This document shows, piece by piece, positions 51,272 through 64,000 of a DNA stretch of 64,000 nucleotides. This stretch comes from Trichinella spiralis. Its lineage: Eukaryota. The notes under the pieces were generated by a model. That model ran no database searches. It was not told where the DNA came from and saw only the letters and a list, made by a program, of their open reading frames with translations. Numbering within the stretch: the stretch's first letter is position 1; every line of letters begins with the position of its first letter. Both the position numbers and the translations under genes were made by a program. The DNA is taken from the NCBI RefSeq assembly GCF_000181795.1, contig NW_003526945.1, forward strand, positions 2,670,488 to 2,734,487, in the 5' to 3' direction.

Positions 51272-54200
51272 ACTGTGGCTTTCGACCGCATGACCGCACA
51301 TCCCACTGCTGAAACAAACGTCAAAATAAACAGCAAATACAAAAAATCGGAGCAAATGCCAAGCAGCAATTCATTTGGTTTAAATCATCCAATACGGCAA
51401 CCAACACCGTACAATGGAGAAATTTGAACAAATTTTTCGCAAGGACAAATTCATAGTATGATTGTAAGGATTGTCAGGTTTCATTCTTTCACAATATGCA
51501 TAAATATAACAATATATTTTTGTTCAAAAAAATTTGAAATTGACATGAAAAAGAAAGAAAAAGCTAATTCAATTTATTCTCAAATAACTGTTCAATTGGC
51601 CAAATTTCAAAACTGAAACAAACAATCATACTTTAATACGCAACCATTCATACCAGAGTTATCATTGCTAAAGGCTGGCTGAAACATTCACTGATCTCCA
51701 TTTTACAATTTCAACTGACGGAAAATTTTCACCCAAACATTCACCTCTGCAGAAAACTTTGCAGTGAAGAGTGACGATTAAAAATTAAAATTCTATTGCC
51801 AAAATAATCTCATCTACATAATCTAGTAAAATGTCAATTCAGTCAAACTTTATTCTATTCCAATTGTCACTGTGATTTTGCTTTCAATGTAAAACGTATG
51901 GAGAAACTTTTTGAATTTTCTTGTAATACTGATGCCTTTGAACTTGAATATACATCTGAGAAAGTTAATAAAAAAAATGCAAAAGGTCAATGATGGCAAG
52001 TGCCACGCTGAATTACAATTAATAATGCAGCCTTGGCCTGGTGAACCTATTTGCCATTTGCATCATCTCATTGTTCAAATCAAAAGTGCTGTTGAAACAA
52101 CGTACCGGTCAATCATGGTCGAACTGGTGAACAATATTCTGCCGCAAAATGGAAATTCTCAACGGCCGGAATTGCACGCCAACACTTTTGCCTGTAAAGT
52201 TGATAAAAGCAAAATTGAAATACCAAAAAAATTTTTTTTTTCAAATTTCAACGTCAAATGCCACCACGTCAAGAATAACGACTGAACGAAACGATCAGTT
52301 CTAGCAAATTTTATCAACAAGCTCAAGCAACGACCGCTTGGCAAACAAGTACGAAAGTCAAGTGGCAAACATCAACTTACGACTACAGCAAAAGATGGTA
52401 AATAAAACCAGTGAACGACGACAAACAAAAGATGCACCCAGGTTGAATAGTCACGCGACAAGAAAGCATTTTACCTACTCCGCTTCTCATCAAGTTATTC
52501 GATTAGCTTATTGAAAAATAGAGTATTGTTAGAAAAGAAAAGAAAAAAAATAAGTACATTTCCGTGTACACGAGCGTTATCAGAAAATAGTGTTCAATAT
52601 GAAAGACCAGCCGCGCTTTAAATAGCGCAACAATTTCTAATCGGCCAGAAAATCGAAACTTTCTAATAAAATTGAAGGACAGAACGTCATAAAAGAGCAA
52701 TTTCGTCTCGATCATAACATCAGTGACCTTCTTGAAATGTAATTTGAAATTGGATCTCGTTTACAGTATCTCAAACAATGTAAGAAAATTAAGGTCAATT
52801 AAACTCACATGCTCCTCCGAAATTACAGTATATGCAACGACGGAGTAGAGGGTGTGTCGCGAAACGCTTTGCATGTTATTATTCGCTTAAATGCGTTTGC
52901 TTTCTTAAAAATAAGTGCAATTACAATCACTGAAAGCTATATTAAAAATTATTATTGGACAAAATTGAATACATTCGTCTGTAGTGAGTGTTAATTCATT
53001 TGAGGCGAAGTGAATAAAATGCAATATGAATTTTCCCCATGAACAACTGTTTGAAAAGTTGCGCTGGTTGTGTTGATTTATTCTTCAAAGTCTTTTTTTT
53101 TGAGAGTTAAAAAATATCGGTTGCACTTTGTGAATTTAAATGAGTGCAATGAATTTTTTTCAATCTTACTTTGTTGTGCATTGATGAAAAACAGAATCCA
53201 AGAAGTAGTGCTTCAGACTTGTTCTGTGCCAACTACGTGATGACGTTATGTTGAATAATTGGCAAAATTGTTTTATATCGTAATAATTCGAAGAGGAAAA
53301 CATTTGTCGCAACTGTGCACGTGGATGCCTCAGCAAGTTATCCATTTGTCGGACCAAAAGTCACTTTTGTTAACCAGTGAATAAGTAAAATAAAACATAT
53401 CAAATTCAATGAAAAATTCAACTTATTAAAAAATGCATCTTAGCATTGAAAGAAAGAAAAAAAAATTTTAATCTCGATACGTCAGTTTCGATTGATTCAA
53501 GCTAATGATAATTTGGAATCAACCTTGAACAATGAGTGGTGGGTGGTTTTGGAAAAGAGAAAATTTGATTCCAACAAATCAACCACCCGCATCGTTGTAC
53601 AAAGTTTTCCCGTTAAAAATTGTCAATTCCGCTTCACGATTATTGCAACGGTTGATTTCCTAGCCTCCGTGCTAGGTTCCGGCTACTTTAGAGAATGACA
53701 GCTAAAAATAGCTTTCAATGACAGCTAATTAACGTTCGAAGTCCAAAATGGAGTATTGGATGTGAATGTGCATAAGCCGTTGTTAATGCTTTCACACCGC
53801 ACTTCGAAATGTACCCTCGCAATATTTATCAATTAAAACATTTCATCTCACTTTGACCACGAAATGACGATATTTTAAAATGATCTCTTTCAGTGAATTT
53901 ACTTTTTAAAAATTCTTGAATTGGAATTGAAAGTAAGATGATTGAACTGGCTGTAAGTTTGCTGCATCCGAGAGTCAACCAAGCGGAAACCGAAGACACT
54001 GCTGGAAAGATGAAATTTTAAAAGCTAGCAAGCCAAGTTGCACAGAAAGAAAGAAAGAGCATGGCTAGAAAAGCAGCTGCTTTTCGTTAGATGATGTGAC
54101 TTTGGCGCAACGCACGCAAGCGAGTGCAAGATTTGCTAAAAGTGACATGCCGATCATTTAAACGTTCAATGTTTATTGCCATTGGGGAAACGAGGTGCTT

Positions 54201-54872
54201 CATAAGCATCGCTAGACTGGAAAAATCTAGCCACCCAAAGTTCTAGGGTTCAGTACGGGCGTCGACTTCATACGTACAATTTGTTATAATTTCATTTTTC
54301 CTTTGCAATATTGAAAATCATTGTCATGTTTATATTTCCGTCTTGAAAGAGAAAAATAAAGAAGCTGGTAATATAATTATGAACTTTTTCTATATTTATC
54401 TATTTATTTATTTATTTAAACAATTGGTTAAACAAACTTTTTTACATTTAATAAGTTTTAGTTTGCTATGTTGATAGTAGCTAAAGAGTGTACAATCAAA
54501 TGCTAAGTGCAAGGCTTCATATTCTTCGTGACAAAGTTACTTTGTACTTTTTCAGAATTAAATTATAAAAAATAATTTTCAAAATAAATAAATCACAAAA
54601 TCAAACGTTTTGCAATCAAAAAAGGCTCATTATCATCGTCTTAAGAGAAACTGATGCATTTTAAGCGGCTGTTTACGTCTGCTGGGAAGAAAAATTCCCG
54701 TCATTACGTCAATCTGCAAGGTTTATTAAGCTGAGAAAATGATCGAGAAAATGGATTAATAATGTGCTTTGCATGCTTTGCAAAAGTTTTAAGCTATCCC
54801 TCTTTATCACATTTCCGATTTATCCAAAGCAAAGCAATGCAAAGCGAAGAATCTTTGCTGATAAACGATCGT

Positions 54873-54888
54873 TCACGTCATGACGTGA
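54873..54888. promoter_or_regulatory. Perfect 16-bp palindrome TCACGTCATGACGTGA (two inverted TGACGT CRE/ATF-type cores)
   Basis: The palindrome is read directly in the intergenic region between the divergently transcribed PDCD10 and orphan genes. A regulatory role is inferred. Confidence 0.4.
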
Positions 54889-56676
54889 TTATTTATTACA
54901 GACCATTAATTTTGATGAAATGATATATACATACATATATATATATATATATATAGGAAAACAATTTTTAAACTAAAAATTAAAATATGATAAAAATTAA
55001 AATGTAAAATTTTAATAAAATGCAATCTGTACAATTGCTTGTTACAAATTTTATAGTTTCGTGTAAATAAAGTTTGAGGTTGGAAAATGAAATTTATTGG
55101 TGGATGAACTATATTTTAGAAATGTTATTGATTTTGGTTTGAAACGTAAAAGAGCATATGCGAAAATTGACTTTTGATCAAATTTTCCGCAAAGTCATGC
55201 CATGCGCAATTGGATTCCAGTCGAGGCAGTTTTTCACGCACCCGAAGCTTCAGTTACTGCTCGTATTTTGCACTGCCGCGCAAGCTTGAGTAGGTAAATT
55301 TTGACAAACTGCCAAAGGGGCTTGAATATATTTTCATTTTCATTCACTTTGCTCAGTTATGATCCATTATTTTGCCCTGACATTGTGTCGCAATGTTCAA
55401 ATGAGCTTTTCCGCTTCAACAGTTGTGCTTTTCATTTTGCTAAAGATCATCATCCCCTCTATTTTGGAGAAACAATTTTTTTCTTCACAAACAGACGCTC
55501 AATGATGATGATTTATTGGCGAATGTAGAGTGCAAATTTGAAATTCCCCGTCGGGGCATTTTTGTTGCTTTCTGTTGGATCGCATCTGGATCATAAGCTA
55601 CATTGACTGATATGCAAAAATCTGCACTGCACAAACTCTTCGCATATTGTTCTTCATCAAAGCGGATGCTCGTTTGAACGGTTCAACCAACAAGCACGTT
55701 CAGCTTATTTACGGCAGAGAATTTTCAAGACATTTTTCTGTTTATGACGAAAGCAAAAAAATTTTACACTAACAAACATACTAACTCGTAAACATTTACT
55801 TACAAATGCAGAACATATCTATCGTATCGTTGCATTAATAACTGCTTTTTGTCAGCAAATTTAATGTTTATATTTTTTGCTTTAACGCAACCCAAAAGAA
55901 AAGCTAAATAATAATAACTTGTATAAGATTTAAATAAATTAAAATAATAAAATTATCGCATAAAGAGAAAAATTAAATTCTTGGTTGCAAAGCTGTTGAT
56001 GATCACAAGAGATTCTATTCATAAATTATTCATGAAAACTATCGAAACTTGTTTGATCAATTTTTGAAATCAAATGCTCATTTGAATATTATAAGATTTC
56101 TAATTAACTGATCAAATAATTATAAAATTTCTCATATATGCAAAAAAAAAAATTCAAATCTGCACCAATCTTGTCTGCCATTTTCTGGAAGAAGTTTTAA
56201 TTTCAATTATTATTGATGATTGCGACAATGTAGTTAATCGTTTCAATCAATTTAAACAGAGGTCAATTTTCCGCGCTCATATTCAGCAATCAGTGGCCGT
56301 GCCAGCGTTTTCTTCAACAACTCTAAACGCGCATGCATGCATCACAAACGCTGGCTGACTGACCACTGGCTATTTATCAACACAACGATGTGTTGACGAA
56401 ATCTTACGGCGCCGTGCTTGTTCCATCCTCTCAATAGCGCGTTGGATGACATCGACGTTCAATGGGCACGTGATACGCTCGAGCTCGGCTGAAGCAGTTC
56501 AGGCTCCGCCAGTACAACAATAAGACATTCATTTCATACAACCTGAAAACAATAATCTTATTAATACGGATAACAACTTGCAAATAGCTTTATGTGTGTG
56601 TGTTTTTTTTAATTTTAGAAGCAAATGGGCCGTTCCCTTTTCTTGATACTGAAAAGATAAAGATCAAAAATTGAAG

Positions 56677-59600
56677 ATGAAAGAGGTGGTAACTACGTGT
56701 AATTATAATAATAGCCTCACAGAAACACAGAAAGAACCGGAAAGCAGCGATTCAGAGCTCAACGAAAAGAAGCAAGGTTTTGCTTATAAATTGAAAACTG
56801 CTGAACGTAATTCGCTTCCGAATCTTTCTTCTGCCAGTGCTCCTAATCTCTCACCTACAAGCTTGCCTGAAAACAAACCGTTATTTTCAAGCCCACGTCG
56901 AGCCAGTAATCCATCAAGACCAAGCATCTTTTCAGAAAGGACGTCCAAAATGAATGCAAACTTGGCAACGCCTTCTGCTTGTAATTCAGATCCACCCCAC
57001 AGACGTCAGATGAGAAAAGATGATTCATGGAATGCGCATTACTGGGCTCTGACTAGCATGTGGGCTAATCAAACTGGAAGCGTGACAGTGCGACGCCCAT
57101 CTGCTACACAGATTGAATCGAAAACATTAGCCAATGGTTTCGTTGAAACAGAGCAGAGAGCAGAGAATGCACATTTGAAATCCAGCCCAGATTCAGACGG
57201 TTATAATTCGTCTACCTGTAGTTCTGAATCGGCGGGAACGGTCAGGCAGAAGAAAACTGCTCAACGAGCCGGAAAGCGTCACCGACGTCGAAAAAGTCTA
57301 GATCTGCTTTCAAGCAGCTTTACAAGATCTATGGAAGAAGGAAATTCATCAAGTTCTGACGAATTCGACAGTGGTATGTTTTGAACTTGTTATCATTGTT
57401 CACTTAGGAAAAAGAATATAAATTTATTGCCCTTGTAGAAATTAGTACAGCAATAATAGACCTACCTATAAATTGAATTTTATGACTTTTCAGAAATGAA
57501 AACAGTTTTAAATCATTTCCATATCAATATATTTTATCACAAGGCATCTTCAGCGCAACAATTACAATAAGATACTGTAAGAATACGCGCTGTGCTCTAA
57601 ACTGGAAAAAATGAACAAAACTCTTTACTTTCACAGCAACAGCATTTCAAACATTATAAATCATTGTCTTTGCTGCCGAAATTTGTAAGAGAAAAATGAA
57701 AATACCTTTCCATTTATTAAGTTTATCTATTAAATTAAATCGTAAAATTGCAAAAGCCAGAAACTTGGTGTTGCAAACCATTTGATCATCATAACAGATT
57801 TAGCAATGATGTTGTTTAATTTAATAGTAATTATAAATGTTAAAATATATAAAATGTTAAAATAGTAATTATAAATAAATCAAATTAAGAAAAGCGTGCA
57901 AATTGGCAAATTTCTCTTCGAAAATAGGAAATGTTTTCTTTGTCCAGAATGCATTTTCCTTCCTGATTATGTGCCTTATAAAAATTGAACAACTCTCAAT
58001 AACTTGCATAGGAGCTCCCTTTGGAATTACCTCTTTGACCTTTCCATCTCACTGCAATTATTCATTTACAGCTGAATTTGAACAATAAATTATCAATAGA
58101 GGTTTTATTTTGTGGATATTTTTTGGTCGATGTTTTACACTAAGCATTACTTGACAAAATTTTGTTAATGCGGTAATGAAATTAAAATTACTTTGCATAA
58201 ATATAATGAATTCGTTGTTGCAGTTCTATTATACAATTACAAGCTTGCTTATTAATTTCTATTGTGATTTTCTTGACAGAAAATAGTGTTAGTTTTGTGT
58301 GGAATATTTTATTTTTTAGCTTGTAAGAATAGTTCAGTTTGTAGTTTAAATTTTCAATTATTGCTTCTCAGGTTGTTTTAGAGTAGATTATTACTAGGGT
58401 TGGCAGAAAGGCGTATTGCTTTCATAAAACAATCGGACGAATGTTGAAATTGTTAAATTAAAGCAATTGATAACAGCTGCCAGAGCTTTTGTCAGCTTTT
58501 GCAATTTGAACGTTTTTATGCAACGCTCGCCTGTTTGAACAATGCAGCACATCTTCTTCAACTTTTGCAGCAACCGATGCGCATGGCTCCACCGCCGTCG
58601 GCACATTCCTCAGATCGCATGTTACGCAATCAGGTGTTCGTGTTGGGATTTTTTCTGTAAATTTGCATTAAAATCGAGTAAGTGGATTTGGTTTCAACTT
58701 TTTCTCATTCTTCTTCCCATTTATTCGGCGGAAGAGGGTTGTGCTCTTCTACGCAATATCAAACACGATAATCAGAGCGATGCTTCTTTGTTTTGTTGTT
58801 GCTTTTTTTTCTCTCTCTCTTTCCACTCAAAGCAATTCTTGCTTCGACAATCTGCTTCAAAATTGCAGATGTTTCTCAGATTTATAAAACTGCATTGAAT
58901 GAAGAATTAATTTTTGATTTTTTATTCCTACATTTTATGCAAGAACGATTAATTTTGTCAAATCAAAAAATAAATAAATAAATAAATTCCTAGTAATTAT
59001 GAATAATCAATCAAATTCGACACTTTCAACATCCATGGGCTTTTCAAAGTAAAAATTATTCATAACAAAGGCACACATGCTTTCATTGGCATTGCATTTG
59101 TAAACAAGGTTGTTCATTGAAATTCGTGGAAAAGGTGAACAAAGACCTAAACAAAGTGCTGGCTGGGCACTGATGGAATTTTGCTCGAAGCACAAGTGCT
59201 GCACGTTCGCCGACATTGAGAATATATATATACATATATATGCATCTTAACTCTTTCACAAACGCAGCTGCTTAAAAATTTACTCGACGAAAAATTGAAC
59301 ACATCATCACCGCTTGCTTTTCCTATGACAGCTTCGATGTCAATTTATGTTTCCACTGTGCTGTATTGAACAACATATTTTTTTTGCACATTAAACAAAG
59401 TTTTGCTAAAATTTAACTTTCATCTTTTCACATATATATATACACATTTTTTAATATCTACTTTTTGAATTGAATATTTCATGCTCTCATAAATTTTTCA
59501 ACGTGAGCAATTATTATTTATCATATTTGTAATAACTCAAAAGATTCTGAAAAACATCTTCGCAGACGGAAAAATTCGTTCATTTCAACTGCTTAAACTT

Positions 59601-62600
59601 TTCAATTTTCAAATAAGCTCATTTTGAATTATTTATTTAGCTTATTTAAATTTTGAATTATTCAACTTTGTACAATTGTAATAAAAGTGAGGGAGTATTT
59701 GAAAGTGGACGCACTACTTTACGGTGATACAAGTGGAGAGTTTTATTTTTGACAAAGCAATAATAATAAATTTAAATATATATATATATATATATATTCT
59801 AAAATGTATCAATTTATTTTGAGTCGGTGCTTCAATGTATTGTTTGGGGAAAGCTGTTTTTTGAAAAAGTTGTTTCCAATGTCTGCCTTGTCCTAGCGTT
59901 AATTTGCTTTTAAACTGGGCTATTTCAAGCCATTCTCACAAGCAAAGTAAACAAATTTTCAAAATGGCAATTTTCAAATTGCAAACGTTCACTTGAATTT
60001 AAATATATCAAATTAGACGTGTTTTTTTTCTTCTTTTTTGATTCCAAGCAAAAGCATAAACATGCTTTTTGATGGTGCTTTCAGCAACCAGTTGATCAAT
60101 TTAAATAAAATAATAAATGACCAGAAATGACGCGATTTTAACTTTCCCAGATCAACAGCCATGATGTCCCTTTCAAAATGACAATGATAAATGAATTGCT
60201 TAACGACAAAAAGCAGCAAAAATTCAAGCTTCCTTCGACTGTTGCCCGTTGACATGCAAAGCTTTGAAAAGAGCAAAAAGTAATAATAATAAAAAGGCTT
60301 TCGGTTCCACTCCACTAGCCGCAATGTTCAATTGCTAACTTCCGCGTCGGACAGATGTCCGCAATTTCTCATCTGATCAAAGCATCCATAGAAAAGAAAC
60401 AATAATTTTTATTCGCCATATTTTTCATCTTTCGATTCAGCTGTTTGACATAAATCTAAGCGGCGTTTCTAAGCAAACAATTTTAACTACTTTGCTACCA
60501 TAAACACCTACCAGAAAAGCTTTCCAACAGAGTTACACTTTGTGCATGATCTGATTGGTTGATATTATCGTCATTATTCGTATAAAAAAGTTTTTTCATT
60601 ATTTTTTTTCATTTAGATTTGAGACCGAGGCAGAGAACACGACACAAACGAATGCACAAAGAAAAGTACCACGTGGCTGCATACGAACGTTTGGTCAATG
60701 CAGTTGTCAGAAAAAATATTCAACCTCTACGAGAAAAGTATTTTCAAGAAGTCTGTGCTCCTTCGGTACAAGAATTTGTCAAAGTCGAAGAAAAACAACA
60801 CGCTTATGTTTATGGAAATACTGAATACGCGGAAATTTACTTGAAAGAAACACCAAACTGCAGCGAACAACTAACCGAAGAGGAGGATGGAAGGTATGCA
60901 ACGTATGAGGAATGTTTACAAGAATTTAAAGAATCTGAAGATGATAAATACCATCGGCACGCATTATCAACTGTGGAGCCACAAGAAGAACGAGCGACTG
61001 TATTGGATCAGTATGTGGAAATCATGGAAACATTAGCCGATGATCATCTGTCTGACGAAGAGATTGTCTGGAATAATGCCGGTACGACGCTTCAAGAAGA
61101 GCAAACTGAAATTCAGCAGTCAATACAAAGCATGACCGATATTGGCAAGGATATAGAGAAAACTTGCAAAGAAATTATGCAAAGTGTGAGTGGAATTTTT
61201 CAAATTGCAGAACAAATTAAGAATACTTCGCCGCGAAGTGCGTCCAATGCGCCTTCTTCAACACTGGACCACCTTTCCTCCGCTTCAGACGAAACATCCA
61301 AGCGAATGGAAAGTATCTCGTCAGTGGACACGGAAATGCTTAGGTTGCTCAAGTTGGGCGAAGAGCTTCAATCAAGCGGATGTCAAAGTAGAAGTCGCGT
61401 GTCCGGTGAAAGAAGTCCAACTGCCCATTCTTTGCTCTCGTCAGAATCTCTGGGCATTCAGAACGCATCACTGAGCTGCAACAGCGACTGTGGGCAAGTT
61501 TTGGAAAAATGTTTCAGTCTTGAACGACCGCGATGGAAATGGATCTCACCTTTGGGACAGAAATGTCGGCGCCGACCCGAGTCCGGAGCCAGTGATCAAT
61601 TTTTGGAAGAAAAGCTCGCCGTACTTGCGGCCCAACGACCATGCTTAAATGGCTTGTCATTGTTGAAGCCAGTATGGTGCCAGCCTGAACGACCCAGACG
61701 TACATCTTTGGAGGAGGCGACAAAAAAGGTCGACGAAATGCTTCGACAAGCTAAGCTGCGACAAAAAACAACCACTTTCTTGAATTCAAATTTTCACGTG
61801 AAAGAAACTGAAGAACGAAAACAATTTGATCTTTCCTCTGCTGCGAATTGCAGTTTAGTTGGTCAAGCTAACGCCATTATCAACGCGTTTAAGAAAAATT
61901 CAACAATCGACACAGAGCCAAGTGTGGTATCCTCTCTTTCAAAAGACAAAATGGACTACACTAGACGTTGGCTTGAAGGGGATTTGAAATCATTCAGTTC
62001 TGTCAAATCAAATTTGCCACTACTCGATGCGAAATATTCCAACGATGCTGATCTCCAGTCAGTTGGAAGTGCTTCTGCTGAAGTGGCCGCAATTACAGAT
62101 TGGAAGAGCAGCTGCAAAGAAGCTCAATTACCAAATGAACTCGTCGTTTGGCACAGACGTGAAGACAGCAAAGAGAACTCAACGGTGGATATATTTGACA
62201 ATGGATTAACGGCGGAGAATCCGCCTTATTCATGCGGCAAAGGTGGTAAAGCAGAGTTTCAGTTCAGTCCTGTCAAGCCAATTTCATCCACCTCGAGTTC
62301 AGAGAGCAGTTTTTCCAACAATGATTACCACTCAACAAAATCACCCAGAGAATATTGTTTCAAAACCAAAAATGCTCTAGACGACTTCTCTGCTCAGAGC
62401 TTGCCACTGGGATTCTGTACGCCGTCCTGCTTGCCGAAAAGAAAGGGCAGTGCCATTACTACAACGCCTGCATCCACGACACCGACAGTGGACGTTGTGA
62501 TTGTAGCGCCTTGGGCTAAGCAACTTTACATAGCCTCTGAATCATCAAGCTCACGTGACAGTAAGCCCAACAAAAAACAACTCAAACCAGCAGAGCAGTC

Positions 62601-63853
62601 GAAACAAAAAATGCACGCTATTTACGATTTGGTCGACGAGCTTGAACTGAACACTGAACCGTCTGATCCAATACGACTGCATTTCCCAGTTAACACAAGC
62701 AACGAGAAGCTCGGTAATTGTAGCATGGCCAACGGTGAAGTACCCTTGCAAAGCAGACGTCGAGAAAAGCGTACATTCAAGCCATTCCGGCGTACAAGTC
62801 AGGGTAATTTTTTTCACACACACAGAGATCGATTGGAAATTTCTGGACAAGCAAACAGCGCAAATAATCTAGTACATTCAGTTGGTGGGGGGGAGCAGAA
62901 TTTATTGAACCGGATGAGAGTTCACGATGGTAAATTGCCGCTGTCATCATTTTTACGCCCATGGAAAGCGGCAGGCTCTTCGACAAATCAACAAGCTTCT
63001 ACTACAGAAATTAAAGATTATGACAATTTGCAAGTAAAGAGAAAAGAGTCGGACAAAAGGCTTTGTTCCACGCGCAGTGAAGGGCACTTGACCAACAGCA
63101 AGCTGACAAACAATCTTGAACCGACAACGGTTCGCGGGACGGAGGGGGAATTGTGGGTAAGACTTCTTCCTAAAAGAAGCCACCTTTCCAATGTTGCATC
63201 GAACGAAAGTCGATCCATGCAGTCCAGTGTGTCGTTGAATTCAGCTTCATCTCGTCATACCCCAGTTGCTGAACTGTTGCCTTCACCGAAATCCCAACCG
63301 CTGAGCTCACGAAGTTACCGATATTTGGGTAGTTCAGCCAGCGAAGCCGGTGGCATGGTAAAGCTGTACGATAGCAGATTCGGTAAACCTGTCGCAAATG
63401 CGGCTAATTCAATGCCAAGACATCTTATTCGAACACTGTTGAGCAAGTTGAAAAACAGCGGCAACTCGTCCGGCAGAGATTTGAGAACATCCGACGACAG
63501 TTTTCGAGATGTAGTTTCGCATTCGTTGGTCAACGTCACCAATGAGGCAGCAAACCACTGGTATGGAATGCAAGAGCAGCATTTGTCCGGTACTGAATTT
63601 GTTGAAAAGAAAATGCTAAAAATCCAACTAGACAATCTTTTACCTTGGCAACAATATTCCTATTCATATCCGAGTAGCCGCGGTAAGCAAGTTGAATTAT
63701 TTCTTGTCTTGTTTCGTTTGCTTACGTGTTCTGTGCTTCAAATTTTACTACGCAAAATTTGATCATTTATTTTTAGCAACAAAATCTCTGTCCAAGACAA
63801 ATCAGTTCAAAGCAGCTTTTTCACAGTTTTGGAAAAAACGACAGCTCAATTAA
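56677..63853 (+). CDS. Uncharacterised large Ser-rich protein, about 1279 aa; exons 56677-57373, 60617-63682, 63777-63853 (5' end uncertain)
   Basis: Two long ORFs (237 and 1047 codons) in AT-rich DNA. Donor G|GTATGT (57374) and acceptor TTTAG| (60616) are phase-compatible, as are G|GTAAGC (63683) and TTTTAG| (63776). The joined length is 3840 nt, ending in TAA. No domain was recognised. Confidence 0.72.
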
Positions 63854-64000
63854 AGTTATAAATTAGCTTGCCAAAATACTGACCTGATTATTTATTAGAT
63901 CTGCGGTGCCGTCATCCAACGACAAACACTTAAGCTGTACAAAAACGGTGTGTGAAAAGATTTCATTTTAAAATGCCATTTTTTGTTAATTTTGTTTTGC

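Noticed and set aside
51911..52285. 124-aa plus-strand ORF upstream of PDCD10
   Set aside because: No recognisable motif and no convincing splice partners; cannot be supported as a gene.

Overview
AT-rich eukaryotic genomic DNA with compact genes split by many short (mostly ~55-120 nt) spliceosomal introns and frequent TTTCAG-type acceptors. It is animal DNA, most consistent with a nematode such as a Trichinella-like species (inference from intron style and gene content, not proven). Splicing the ORF fragments by eye gives about 12 protein-coding genes. In order: the 3' part of a KDM4/JMJD2 demethylase (+), a ~38-exon MROH1/HEATR7A (+), an intronless myosuppressin-receptor-like GPCR (-), a ~10 kb gene-free tract containing a 10-N assembly gap, two tandem and highly diverged TBL1/ebi-like LisH-WD40 paralogs (-), a SEPT7-like septin (-), F-spondin (+), a same-strand run of PDCD10, sarcoglycan, PIG-M and DPH5 (-), and a large unrecognised Ser-rich gene with a 3-kb exon (+). 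The two TBL1-like genes share an identical 12-exon structure; one carries an N-terminal 18-aa tandem repeat, and a candidate solo LTR lies between them. No rRNA, tRNA or CRISPR array was recognised. I cannot demonstrate a new biological system. The best leads are the diverged TBL1-like pair, the ~1280-aa orphan gene, the operon-like cluster, two frame-supported GC-AG introns, and substitutions at functionally characterised positions in KDM4 and the septin. Exon boundaries were read manually, and comparisons to reference proteins are from memory, not from database searches.
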